DNA of 64,000 bases, taken from NCBI GenBank assembly GCA_934119965.1, contig CAKOTA010000003.1:24488-88487 (forward strand), read 5' to 3'. A program made the position numbers and the translations under genes. Positions 41,374-50,855 of this stretch are shown here, piece by piece (the stretch's first letter is position 1; the number at the start of each line of letters is the position of its first letter). The notes beneath the pieces were generated by a model. That model worked only from the letters and a program-made list of their open reading frames with translations. It had not been told where the DNA came from and made no database searches. The DNA comes from an uncultured Bacilli bacterium. Lineage in GTDB: Bacteria; Bacillota_I; Bacilli_A; RF39; UBA660.

Positions 41374-42300
41374 ATGAAAATAAGACTTGGATATGCTTGT
41401 ATAAGTACAACCTTAGATATTACTACATCTGGTACTATTACTTATACCAATTTTCTAAAAGAAAAAAATTACAATAAAATTAATAATTTAATTACATCTA
41501 ATTTAACTAATTTAAAAGAATTATTAATTTATAATATTAAAAACAATATTCATTTTTTTAGAATGAGTTCAAATTTAATTCCTTTAGCAACTAAAGATGA
41601 TGTTTGTTTTGATTATATTAAACCATATAAAAAAAACTATAATGAACTTAGCAAAATCATAAATGACAATAATATAAGAGTTGATTTTCATTTGCCTGAG
41701 TTTTGCGTTTTAAACAGTACTTCTAAAGAAACTGTTGCTAATTCTATTAAAATAATAGAATATCATTATAATTTATTAAAAGTAATGAATATTAAAAATA
41801 AAGTTTTAGTGTTACACATAGGAAGTTCTGTGTTAGGTAAAAAAAATTCTATAACTAGATTTATCAACAATTTCAATAACCTACCCAACTATTTAAAAGA
41901 AATAATTGTTATTGAAAATGATGACAAAATTTTTAATATCGAAGACTGTTTAGAAATAAATAAAAAAACAAACATTCCTATTGTTTTAGATTATCATCAC
42001 TATATGTGTAATCCATCTGATTTAAATTTTGAAAGTATTTTCTCCACTTGGAAAACTACACCTAAAGTTCATTTTTCTAGTCCTAAAAGTAAAATTAAGA
42101 AAGAATTTAGAAGCCATAATGATTATATAAATAGTGACGATTTTATTGTTTTTTTAGATAAAATCAAGAATTTAAATTACGACATTGATATTATGATTGA
42201 AGCTAAAAAGAAAGACGAAGCTTTATTTAAATTAGTAAGAGAATTAAAATATAAGACTAATTATGATTTTATAGATGAAACTACTTTTATAATAAAATAA
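41374..42300 (+). CDS. uvdE: UV damage endonuclease UvdE
   Basis: 308 aa with a TIM-barrel UvdE-like N-terminus (IRLGYACIS). Confidence 0.75.
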   Translation: MKIRLGYACISTTLDITTSGTITYTNFLKEKNYNKINNLITSNLTNLKELLIYNIKNNIHFFRMSSNLIPLATKDDVCFDYIKPYKKNYNELSKIINDNNIRVDFHLPEFCVLNSTSKETVANSIKIIEYHYNLLKVMNIKNKVLVLHIGSSVLGKKNSITRFINNFNNLPNYLKEIIVIENDDKIFNIEDCLEINKKTNIPIVLDYHHYMCNPSDLNFESIFSTWKTTPKVHFSSPKSKIKKEFRSHNDYINSDDFIVFLDKIKNLNYDIDIMIEAKKKDEALFKLVRELKYKTNYDFIDETTFIIK

Positions 42301-42307
42301 ATACGAA

Positions 42308-42964
42308 TTATTTCGTATTTATTTTTGTATCATAATATATAATTTTATCGTCACTACCAACCAATGATAAAGCATAATTTTTTAAACTATCTTCATTAGC
42401 ATTTACATCATTAATTAACTTAATTTTATCAGAATTCGTCAAAATACAAGTACCATCTTGTAATTTTATTTTGATTTTATCATCCTTCTTATAATCCTTC
42501 CAAGTATCCAATTCTACTATTGTAGCTATACCATCAGATAAGATTATTGCCTTATTATAAAAATAATTCAAATTCATTATATTTTTGTTACAAATATTAA
42601 ATGAGTAATCAATACTTGTATTTGCTAACTGATCATAAAAAACGATATTTTCTTGATCATCAACAAGTGATTCAACATAATTATTAATTGCTACCTCATC
42701 TTTACATTTTAATAATTGTGTTTGTGATGTACTACTTAAAACTAATAATCCATCTTCAGTAACAAATTGAATCTGTGAATTATTATAATCACAATATTGA
42801 CTTATACCTACTACAGATACATTATCAAAATTCTTTTCAACTACAATGTTAAATGATTTATTGAAATCAATTAACTGTTTATTACATCCATTAAGGGATG
42901 TTAAAGTTATTAAACCAGTTGTTCCTAACATTGCTATCTTTTTATACAATTTTAAATTTTTCAT
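42308..42964 (-). CDS. Lipoprotein, function unknown
   Basis: A signal peptide with a lipobox (LTSLNGC). Confidence 0.6.
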   Translation of the reverse strand: MKNLKLYKKIAMLGTTGLITLTSLNGCNKQLIDFNKSFNIVVEKNFDNVSVVGISQYCDYNNSQIQFVTEDGLLVLSSTSQTQLLKCKDEVAINNYVESLVDDQENIVFYDQLANTSIDYSFNICNKNIMNLNYFYNKAIILSDGIATIVELDTWKDYKKDDKIKIKLQDGTCILTNSDKIKLINDVNANEDSLKNYALSLVGSDDKIIYYDTKINTK

Positions 42965-43011
42965 AAATATCCCCTAGATTCGTCCCGTATTATAACATTA
43001 TTATAATATTG

Positions 43012-44490
43012 TCAAATTTTTAAATAATTAGGATTTTTGCCTAAACCTGGTAACATCATTACATTACCCATATATACAATTATAAAGCCTGCCCCATTAC
43101 TTATACTAATATCTGTAATAGTCATTTCATTATTTTTAGGATAACCCAACTTTTTAGAATCATCAGTTATACTATATGGAGTTTTAGCAAGACAAATTGG
43201 TAATTTATATTTATCATAAAATTTAATTTTTTCTAATACATTACTATCATAATTAATTTTATTACAGTCAAAATATTGTAATAATTTTTTAATTTTATTT
43301 TCTAATGTATCATTTAAAGAATAAATTTCATTTTTAATTTTATTTTCATTTAAATTTAAAATTATATTTGCCAAATCTAAACAACCATCCTCACCATCTT
43401 TATACATTGTCGATACTACAAATGGTACATTTAATTTACTACAAAAATGTTCAACTTGTTTTATTTCTTCAACTAAATCATTCTCAAATTTATTAAGCGA
43501 TACAATAACATTACTATTAAATTTTTTCATATTATTAATATGATATTCTAAATTAGACAAACCATTATTATACTTAATACTTTGAATTGTTACATTAATT
43601 ACAACAACATCAGGATATATATCATTATTTCTACATTTTATATCAAATAATTTAATTGCTCCCATATCACTACCAAAACCAGCTTCTGTAATCACATAAT
43701 CAGCTACATCTAGTCCTAAATTGGTAGCAACTAATGAGTTACAACCATGAGCTATATTAGCAAATGGGCCTCCATGAATTATTACTGGATTTTCATATAA
43801 AGATTGAACTAAATTAGGTTTAAATGCTTCTTTAAGTAAAACATATAATGCATTTACACAATTTAAATCTCTAGCAAATATTTCTTTTTTCTCTTTAGTA
43901 TACCCTATTATAATATTACCTAGTCTTGCTTTTAAGTCATTTGTATCTTTAGCTAAACAAAGTATTGCCATTATTTCTGAAGCCGGTGTTATTACAAATG
44001 ATTCATTTCTATTTTTTAATTTTACATTTCTTAATTCACGGTCATTCATATCTATACATCTTTTAAATACAACTTTATCTATATTTAATTCATTACCTTG
44101 ATATATATGATTATCTATAATTGCACATAATAAATTATTCGAACTTGTTATTGCGTGAAAATCTCCTGTAAAATGCAAATTAATATCTTCTTCAGGAACA
44201 ACTGTTGCTTTTCCTCCACCTGTTGCTCCTCCTTTACTCCCAAATACTGGTCCTAAAGATGGTTCTCTTAATATAGCTACACTTTTTTTATTTAATTTAT
44301 TTAATGAATCATTTAATCCAATTGTTAGTGTAGTTTTTCCTTCTCCATATGGTGTAGGATTTACAGATGTAATTAAAATTAATTTACCTTTTTTTTGACT
44401 TTTATTACTATTAATTTTTGCTTTATAGTTACCATATAATTCAATATCTGTTAATTCTAAAGCATCAGCAATTTCATTTATTTTTTTCAT
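43012..44490 (-). CDS. fhs: Formate--tetrahydrofolate ligase
   Basis: 492 aa with a P-loop region (PTPYGEGKTTLTIGL). Confidence 0.85.
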   Translation of the reverse strand: MKKINEIADALELTDIELYGNYKAKINSNKSQKKGKLILITSVNPTPYGEGKTTLTIGLNDSLNKLNKKSVAILREPSLGPVFGSKGGATGGGKATVVPEEDINLHFTGDFHAITSSNNLLCAIIDNHIYQGNELNIDKVVFKRCIDMNDRELRNVKLKNRNESFVITPASEIMAILCLAKDTNDLKARLGNIIIGYTKEKKEIFARDLNCVNALYVLLKEAFKPNLVQSLYENPVIIHGGPFANIAHGCNSLVATNLGLDVADYVITEAGFGSDMGAIKLFDIKCRNNDIYPDVVVINVTIQSIKYNNGLSNLEYHINNMKKFNSNVIVSLNKFENDLVEEIKQVEHFCSKLNVPFVVSTMYKDGEDGCLDLANIILNLNENKIKNEIYSLNDTLENKIKKLLQYFDCNKINYDSNVLEKIKFYDKYKLPICLAKTPYSITDDSKKLGYPKNNEMTITDISISNGAGFIIVYMGNVMMLPGLGKNPNYLKI

Positions 44491-44521
44491 ATTTTCCTCC
44501 TAGTAAAAAAATAGGATTATC

Positions 44522-45337
44522 CTATTTAGTTATTATAAACACAAATCTATCCAACCCTTGTAAATCTTGTTCAATAGTAATTACTGAATTTGGAAAGTAA
44601 TTTTCAGCAAATTCTTTAATTTTATTACCTTGTTTTTGACCTATTTCAAAAGCAATGATACTTTTTTCTTTTAAATATTTTTTACTATTTTTAATAATTT
44701 CTTTATAGAAATATAAACCATTATCTTCAGCATATAAAGCTATATTAGGTTCATTATTTTTCACAATATCCATTATTTCTTCATCATAGGCAATATAAGG
44801 TGGATTAGAAATAATTACATCATATTTTTTATTTAAAGGTTCTAACATATTTCCTTGATATAAGTTAATATCTAGATTATATTTTTGAATATTTTTGCGT
44901 GCTACATCTAATGCTTCACTAGATATATCTACAGCATCCACATTACAATCTAATTCCTTTTTTAGAGTAATAGCTATACAACCTGATCCTGTTCCTATAT
45001 CAACTATATCAATTTTTTTATCAAATATATTTTTTATATAATTAATTGTTTTTTCTACTAATAATTCTGTTTCAAATCTAGGTATTAATACATTTTCATT
45101 TATATCAATTATATTCCCATAAAAATCAACATTACCAATTACATATTGAATAGGTTTTTTGATTTTTACAGCTTCTACTTGTTTCTTAAAAATTTCTATT
45201 ATTTCACTATCAACTTTTTGATTTAAATAATTTAATAGTTCTAATGAATTTAAGTTTAACAAATTTGATAGTAGAATATTTACCAAGTCTGAATGAATAT
45301 ATTTTTTACCATATATAATTAATTCTTCTATAGTCAT
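44522..45337 (-). CDS. prmC: Release-factor glutamine N5-methyltransferase
   Basis: It has the SAM motif DIGTGSG and the NPPY motif (ISNPPYI). Confidence 0.85.
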   Translation of the reverse strand: MTIEELIIYGKKYIHSDLVNILLSNLLNLNSLELLNYLNQKVDSEIIEIFKKQVEAVKIKKPIQYVIGNVDFYGNIIDINENVLIPRFETELLVEKTINYIKNIFDKKIDIVDIGTGSGCIAITLKKELDCNVDAVDISSEALDVARKNIQKYNLDINLYQGNMLEPLNKKYDVIISNPPYIAYDEEIMDIVKNNEPNIALYAEDNGLYFYKEIIKNSKKYLKEKSIIAFEIGQKQGNKIKEFAENYFPNSVITIEQDLQGLDRFVFIITK

Positions 45338-45344
45338 AATAATC

Positions 45345-45623
45345 CTATTTTACAAAGAAGAATAATATTCCTTGAAGAAACATAAAAATACTACTTGGTA
45401 TTAAAATGTATATTATCTTTTTCATATTCTCTTTTAATATATATTTATATATTATATAGTTTATTGCTATATTAACTAAAACAATTGCAACTAAAACTGA
45501 TATATCTAAAATTGTTGAAAATGAACAATTAACTGATAATATCAAATAATTCATTAATCCATAAAAACTAATTAACGCCAAAAATATATTAGTTATTATA
45601 CTTATAGTAAAATATTTTTTCAT
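45345..45623 (-). CDS. Small membrane protein (3 TM)
   Basis: A 92-aa hydrophobic ORF. Its start overlaps the prfA stop (TAATG). Confidence 0.45.
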   Translation of the reverse strand: MKKYFTISIITNIFLALISFYGLMNYLILSVNCSFSTILDISVLVAIVLVNIAINYIIYKYILKENMKKIIYILIPSSIFMFLQGILFFFVK

Positions 45624-46678
45624 TATTCACCTCTTAATTTACGATTTTGATCTTCAGTAATTAATGCATCTATTACTTTATCGATATCACCATTCATAAC
45701 TCTATCTAAAGTATTTAAGGTAAATCCAATTCTATGATCAGTTACTCTATTTTGAGGATAATTATATGTTCTTATTTTTTCAGATCTATCACCGGTACCA
45801 ATTTTACTTCTTCTTTCAGCACCCATTTTTTCTTGTTCTTGTTGTTCATAATAATCGTATAATCTTGTTTGTAATATTTTAATAGCTTTTTCTTTGTTTT
45901 TTATTTGTGATCTTTCTGTTTGTGAATAAACAACAATACCGGTTGGAATGTGTGTTAATCTTACAGCAGAATCTGTTGTATTTACTCCTTGACCACCACA
46001 ACCTGAACTTCTAGTTATATCAATTCTAACTTCATTCATATCTAGATTAAAATCTACTTCTTCAGCTTCTGGCATAACTAAAACTGTTGCTGTTGAAGTA
46101 TGAACTCTACCTTGAGTTTCAGTAACAGGAACTCTTTGAACTCTATGGGCACCTGATTCATATTTTAATTTTGAATAAACATTTTCACCTTTAACCATAA
46201 AGCTTATTAAAGTATATCCACCAGCTTCAGAATGTTCTTCATCTAATACTTCAATTTTCCATCCTTCTTTTTCAGCTAATTTTCTATACATTTCATATAA
46301 GTCTCCAGCGAAAATATTTCCTTCATCTCCACCAGCTGCTCCTCTAATTTCAACAATAACATTTTTTCCATCATTAGGATCCTTAGGAAGTAATACAATT
46401 TCTATTTCTTTTTTTAGTTCTTCTAAACGATTTTCTAATTTGTTTAGTTCTTCCTTAGCCATTTCTCCTATTTCTGGATCTTTTACCATTTCTTTAGCAT
46501 CTTCAATACCATTAATAACTTCTTTATATTCTTGATAAATATTATATGCATCTTTTAATAAAGCTTGTTCTTTTGTTATTCTTAATGTCTCTTTTACATT
46601 ACTAATAACTTCAGGTTTCATTAATTCTTCATTTAATTCATTATATTTTTTTTCAATGTTTTCTAATCTTTCAATCAT
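45623..46678 (-). CDS. prfA: Peptide chain release factor 1
   Basis: It has a GGQ motif (SGCGGQGVNTTDSAVR) and a PVT-type tripeptide region. The start was set at ATG 46678. Confidence 0.95.
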   Translation of the reverse strand: MIERLENIEKKYNELNEELMKPEVISNVKETLRITKEQALLKDAYNIYQEYKEVINGIEDAKEMVKDPEIGEMAKEELNKLENRLEELKKEIEIVLLPKDPNDGKNVIVEIRGAAGGDEGNIFAGDLYEMYRKLAEKEGWKIEVLDEEHSEAGGYTLISFMVKGENVYSKLKYESGAHRVQRVPVTETQGRVHTSTATVLVMPEAEEVDFNLDMNEVRIDITRSSGCGGQGVNTTDSAVRLTHIPTGIVVYSQTERSQIKNKEKAIKILQTRLYDYYEQQEQEKMGAERRSKIGTGDRSEKIRTYNYPQNRVTDHRIGFTLNTLDRVMNGDIDKVIDALITEDQNRKLRGE

Positions 46679-46763
46679 ATTAAACATCCTTTCAATGACT
46701 ACTAAATTATACTATAAATATCAGAAATTATCAATAAAACAGAAAAAAAAGTAGTTTAACTAC

Positions 46764-47141
46764 TTATACTAATAGATATAATGCGCAAAGATATAGTAGT
46801 CCTAAAAGACTCATTACTAAGCTTAATAGCATTGGTTCAGCATACCCTAATTCAATATTTTCATATAATCTTGCTTTACCATTTCTTTTTACTTTTTGTT
46901 TTCCCCTTGTTTCACCACTATTTATTTCTGGATTTTCTTTTTGAATTTCTGGATAAGCATATACTGCATTACGATACTCATTTGCTACAGTAACTGGTAA
47001 TATTCCTTCATTAATATCTCTTTCTAATAAAGAAGGATCATTAATATATTGTGTTAATAAATCTATATTGATATTAGGTTTTATTTCTAATTCAGTTGTT
47101 TCTCCAAATATATCTTCTAATTCATCAAAGTTATTATTCAT
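46764..47141 (-). CDS. Hypothetical tail-anchored membrane protein
   Basis: 125 aa with an acidic N-terminus and a single C-terminal TM segment. Confidence 0.4.
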   Translation of the reverse strand: MNNNFDELEDIFGETTELEIKPNINIDLLTQYINDPSLLERDINEGILPVTVANEYRNAVYAYPEIQKENPEINSGETRGKQKVKRNGKARLYENIELGYAEPMLLSLVMSLLGLLYLCALYLLV

Positions 47142-47170
47142 AGTATCACCTACGATAATTATATCAAAAA

Positions 47171-47198
47171 AAGAAAAAAATGCAAAGATGACTTTACA
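47171..47198 (-). terminator. Rho-independent terminator after the FGE-domain gene
   Basis: A hairpin (TGTAAAG/CTTTGCA) followed by a T-run on the minus strand. Confidence 0.6.
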
Positions 47199-47242
47199 CT
47201 TTTTTTAATCATTATTTCTAGTTTTAAAATGAAGTTTGTATT

Positions 47243-48601
47243 TTAGCCTTTTAGAACTAGACGGAAGCCAACGACGCTGTCAGCAGCACCTTTGCTCCTA
47301 TCGAAGTCGAACTGACCTGCAATAACACCATGGTAGCAATTGCCGCCACGGCGGAACCAAGGGTTATAAGAGTCAACGAAAATCGAGAAGTCAGCGTACC
47401 AACTATTATGATATCTTGAATTGTTATCCCCATCAAGGTAATTTTGAAATGGTCCCATTTCTCCTGTCGCATCTCCTAAGATTCGATATTGATAACTTGT
47501 TTGTGTACTTGATGCATTATAAACATCAAAGTATTTTGAATCATAATCGGTTGGTGTTAATCCACTTGAGCCTGGTTTCCCACTTACGTATCCAGCCACA
47601 TATTCCCAAGCACCACCACTCATATCATAAATCCCTGTTATATTTCCAGTTGTACTTGCTAGATAGCCTATCTCTGTATTATATGGCTTATTATATTTAT
47701 CTCCGTCACCAGTTTTTCCTTGATATATGTTTTGATTTGTTGATGGTAAAGCACTATATCCAGTCTTATATGAACTATTATTATTGATATTTACTTCTAC
47801 ACCTATTCCATATTTTGAATGTGATAGGTATGCTACTGCTCCCCATTCTGTATTCTTCATCATATGACTATCTAATTCTCTTTTATAATTATAACTTGTT
47901 AAAAAGATATTTCCTACTGTTATATTTCTCCAACTATAAACATTTGGCTTTATTATTACTTTACTTGAATCATTACTATTTACTTGTGCTGTTGCTGTAC
48001 TAGTTGCTCCATTATATCCCGTTTCAAATTTTCCTACCCAAAATCCATTACTATTAAATGTTGTAAATGCCGGATGTGTTAACCACTCTCCATTATTACT
48101 TCCTGTACTTGCTGAAACATCTTTTGTTTCAAATTCTATTTCTATTGAATGTGCTTTCTTTATTGCTGTTCCTGTATTCCATAATTTATATCTGAATCTT
48201 GGTATCCATACAAAATATGATTCAATTGAACTGTCTGGTATTGTATCTCCTACTTTATATGTTCCACTTGATACTATTACTGCATTAGCCCATTCTTTAT
48301 TACAATAGTTATACCATTTACTATTTGTGTCTGCATATTTTACTGTTCCATCATTACTTATTGTTACTGGTATTAAATCTCCTTTTATTTCTGGAGTTGC
48401 CACATTACTTGTACAGCCTCCCATATTCATATTATTATATAATTCATCTAAGGCTGTATTTACATCTGTTGTTGTTCCATCTTTTTTATTATATACTACT
48501 TCACTTGCTTGATATTTATTTGCTGCATATAGTGTTCCACTTATACCTAATATCATTGCTATTACTGCTACAAATAATCTGCTTTTTATTATTTTCTTCA
48601 T
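47243..48601 (-). CDS. Secreted/membrane-anchored protein with a C-terminal FGE-sulfatase (SUMF1/C-type-lectin-fold) domain
   Basis: It has an N-terminal signal anchor. Domain motifs include GIYDMSGGAWEYV, WFRRGG and a terminal VGFRLV. Confidence 0.7.
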   Translation of the reverse strand: MKKIIKSRLFVAVIAMILGISGTLYAANKYQASEVVYNKKDGTTTDVNTALDELYNNMNMGGCTSNVATPEIKGDLIPVTISNDGTVKYADTNSKWYNYCNKEWANAVIVSSGTYKVGDTIPDSSIESYFVWIPRFRYKLWNTGTAIKKAHSIEIEFETKDVSASTGSNNGEWLTHPAFTTFNSNGFWVGKFETGYNGATSTATAQVNSNDSSKVIIKPNVYSWRNITVGNIFLTSYNYKRELDSHMMKNTEWGAVAYLSHSKYGIGVEVNINNNSSYKTGYSALPSTNQNIYQGKTGDGDKYNKPYNTEIGYLASTTGNITGIYDMSGGAWEYVAGYVSGKPGSSGLTPTDYDSKYFDVYNASSTQTSYQYRILGDATGEMGPFQNYLDGDNNSRYHNSWYADFSIFVDSYNPWFRRGGNCYHGVIAGQFDFDRSKGAADSVVGFRLVLKG

Positions 48602-48624
48602 TCATAATTCCTACTTTCTATATT

Positions 48625-48653
48625 TAGTATACCCCCTCCCAGCATACTTTTCA
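48625..48653 (-). promoter_or_regulatory. Promoter of the FGE-domain gene (TTGAAA-17-TATACT)
   Basis: Read on the minus strand about 25 nt upstream of the ATG. The spacer contains GGGAGGGGG. Confidence 0.45.
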
Positions 48654-48720
48654 AGCAGAAATTTTGTTCGATTTATACAAATTTTTAAATTAATATATAC
48701 AACTTTTGTCAAATTAAAAT

Positions 48721-48747
48721 ATAAAAAAATAGTGTTTTCACACTATT
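48721..48747 (-). terminator. Rho-independent terminator after the Rpn-family gene
   Basis: A hairpin (AATAGTGT/ACACTATT) followed by a T-run on the minus strand. Confidence 0.6.
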
Positions 48748-48752
48748 AAAAA

Positions 48753-49658
48753 TTATAATTTTTCTATTTCTTCTTTTGTTAATCCAGTTGCTTTAGATAT
48801 AGTATCAATATCTGTACCAATATTTTTAAAATTTCTTGCTATTTCTATACTTTTATTTACAGATCCTTGTTCAATTCCTTGTTTAAGACCTTGCTTAATA
48901 CCGCTTTGTTTTGCTTCTTCTATTAATGTATTGTATTCTAGTTCTTCTCTTGATTTTTCAAAATATAATGCTACTACATCTTCATCACTTGAATATTTCA
49001 TTGTTTCATCCATTAATTTTGATTTTGTTTCTTTTCCCATCAAATCATCCCCTAAATATTTTCTAAATTCTTCTTCTGTTTTTGCTGTTAAAACTGTACA
49101 CCATCTTGCTAATTTATTATTGTATTCATTATAACAAATTTTTCTTCCTATTACCATATCTAAATTATCTATTTCAAATTTTTCACTTAATATTTTCCCT
49201 TCTTCATTTCTTAGATAATATTTATCTATTAATTTGTTATTTTGATTTTTTAAATCCACATTTAGATTGATTTGAATTGTTTTTTTTATTTTACTATAAT
49301 TATTATCTCCATATCCTAAACTTCTTGAATGAACATTACAAGCATATACTATATTTCTTTCCTTTTTTCCATCTGAATGTTTATTATTTAATTCTATATT
49401 TATTGTTTCATTTTCTAGTTCTAATAATAAATCTATTTGTTTATTTTTGGCTTTTTTACTTTCTAATTCTAGTTCTCTTGGTAATATTTTTAATCTTCCT
49501 TTTATATCATTAATATCCATATCAAAGTAGCAAGCTAAAAAGCTTTCTAAGATATCTATATTTTCTTTTTTAGTAAATATTGCTTCAAATACAAAATCAA
49601 AGTTTAATGGTATTATTTCTCCTTCTTTTAATTCAGTTTTTCTTATATCTTGTTTCAT
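48753..49658 (-). CDS. Rpn-family recombination-promoting nuclease / putative transposase (PD-(D/E)XK_2)
   Basis: 301 aa with the N-terminal block IPLNFDFVFEAIF...ILESFL and IDLLLELENETINIELN, typical of the family. Confidence 0.6.
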   Translation of the reverse strand: MKQDIRKTELKEGEIIPLNFDFVFEAIFTKKENIDILESFLACYFDMDINDIKGRLKILPRELELESKKAKNKQIDLLLELENETINIELNNKHSDGKKERNIVYACNVHSRSLGYGDNNYSKIKKTIQINLNVDLKNQNNKLIDKYYLRNEEGKILSEKFEIDNLDMVIGRKICYNEYNNKLARWCTVLTAKTEEEFRKYLGDDLMGKETKSKLMDETMKYSSDEDVVALYFEKSREELEYNTLIEEAKQSGIKQGLKQGIEQGSVNKSIEIARNFKNIGTDIDTISKATGLTKEEIEKL

Positions 49659-49728
49659 AAACTTTTCCTTTCTTTTTGTGAAATTGCAACTTCATAAACT
49701 TTATAACATATTTAAAAGAAGGAGTAAA

Positions 49729-49788
49729 ATGACTAATTTTGAATTTTGGAATATAATTTTAACTTTTTTATTAGTTTTTGTTAAATAA
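49729..49788 (+). CDS. Possible 19-aa hydrophobic peptide
   Basis: The sequence is MTNFEFWNIILTFLLVFVK, with GAAGGAG ending 4 nt upstream of the ATG. It is very short and could be fortuitous. Confidence 0.2.
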   Translation: MTNFEFWNIILTFLLVFVK

Positions 49789-49815
49789 AAAAAGAAAATT
49801 GATTAATCAATTTTC
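49787..49815 (-). terminator. Rho-independent terminator of the gpmI-fusion operon
   Basis: A palindrome (GAAAATTGAT/ATCAATTTTC) followed by TTTTTTT on the minus strand. Confidence 0.65.
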
Positions 49816-49837
49816 AATTTTAGATAAATTCTAAATG

Positions 49838-50848
49838 TTATTTATCAAACAACATCCAAGCATTTGGAATCCATCTTTCTCCGGTAACACTTACAGCACA
49901 TGGCTTATTAACAATATTGCCTTTTTCAACTAAACTTGAAGAGGCACCACCATCTAAATTAGCAGCGTTATAAGCCTTATATTTTACTAATAAGTCTGTC
50001 ATTTCAACCATACCAATTCCTAAACTATATCCGGGTTGTCTTCCATCAATAACAAAGAATAGTACTATTCCATCTTTTCTTTGAGCAATTACAGTTCTAG
50101 AAGCAAGTCCCCAGCCTCCATTACCTTTTACCATAGCTCTTTTACCATTTACTATTAAGAAAGGTCCAAAATCTACTGCATCTACCATACCTTTTCTAAT
50201 AGCTTCATCAGGAGAATCTTTAGTTAAAACTAATACATGGTCTTTATTAAAACCAATTAATCCTCCACCCCAACCAGTGTCAACACCTTGGTAAAGAATA
50301 CTACCATTTGATATTACTGTTCCAGTTGGAATACCACCACTACCGACACCGCCAGCATCAGCAAATCCACCAGCATTAACAGAAACTAGTGAATTGTGAT
50401 ATTTAGACATTTCTTGTAAAAATTCACCTTGTTCTCCTAAGTATCTAGTACTTACTAAGTCTATTTTTGATGGGTCATAAATTACTACCATATATCCTAC
50501 ATATGTTGATCCCGTAATTTGAACAATTTTATACAAATCATTATCGCCTTTTTTTAATACTTGTTCTTCATATTCAGAATCATATTTATCAGTTTCTTTC
50601 AAATCTTGAAATTTTATTTCATTACTGTTTGTATTTTCGTTTACTTCTTCTATATAGTTTTTATTTGTGACTTTTGCAATCGTTTTTTCACTATATAAAA
50701 TTCTTGCTAAATATTTATGATCTTTAGTTGTCATTGCTGTTGTTATAAGTAATTCTCTGAAATAACTTATTGGTCCATATGCAAAGAACAAAAATATTAC
50801 TGCTAATACATCTAAAATTAATAATGTCTTAAATCCTTTATTTTTCAT
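49838..50848 (-). CDS. Phosphodiester glycosidase family (DUF2233/NAGPA-like) protein, membrane anchored
   Basis: An N-terminal TM segment, Gly-rich beta-sandwich motifs and NLDGGASSSL. Confidence 0.55.
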   Translation of the reverse strand: MKNKGFKTLLILDVLAVIFLFFAYGPISYFRELLITTAMTTKDHKYLARILYSEKTIAKVTNKNYIEEVNENTNSNEIKFQDLKETDKYDSEYEEQVLKKGDNDLYKIVQITGSTYVGYMVVIYDPSKIDLVSTRYLGEQGEFLQEMSKYHNSLVSVNAGGFADAGGVGSGGIPTGTVISNGSILYQGVDTGWGGGLIGFNKDHVLVLTKDSPDEAIRKGMVDAVDFGPFLIVNGKRAMVKGNGGWGLASRTVIAQRKDGIVLFFVIDGRQPGYSLGIGMVEMTDLLVKYKAYNAANLDGGASSSLVEKGNIVNKPCAVSVTGERWIPNAWMLFDK

Positions 50849-50855
50849 ATTACAC

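Noticed and set aside
46764-48752. A complete diversity-generating retroelement around the FGE-domain gene.
   Set aside because: The window has no reverse-transcriptase-like ORF (no YxDD motif seen), no Avd-like four-helix ORF, and no second copy of the 47246-47410 sequence. Only the VR-like compositional signature is reported.
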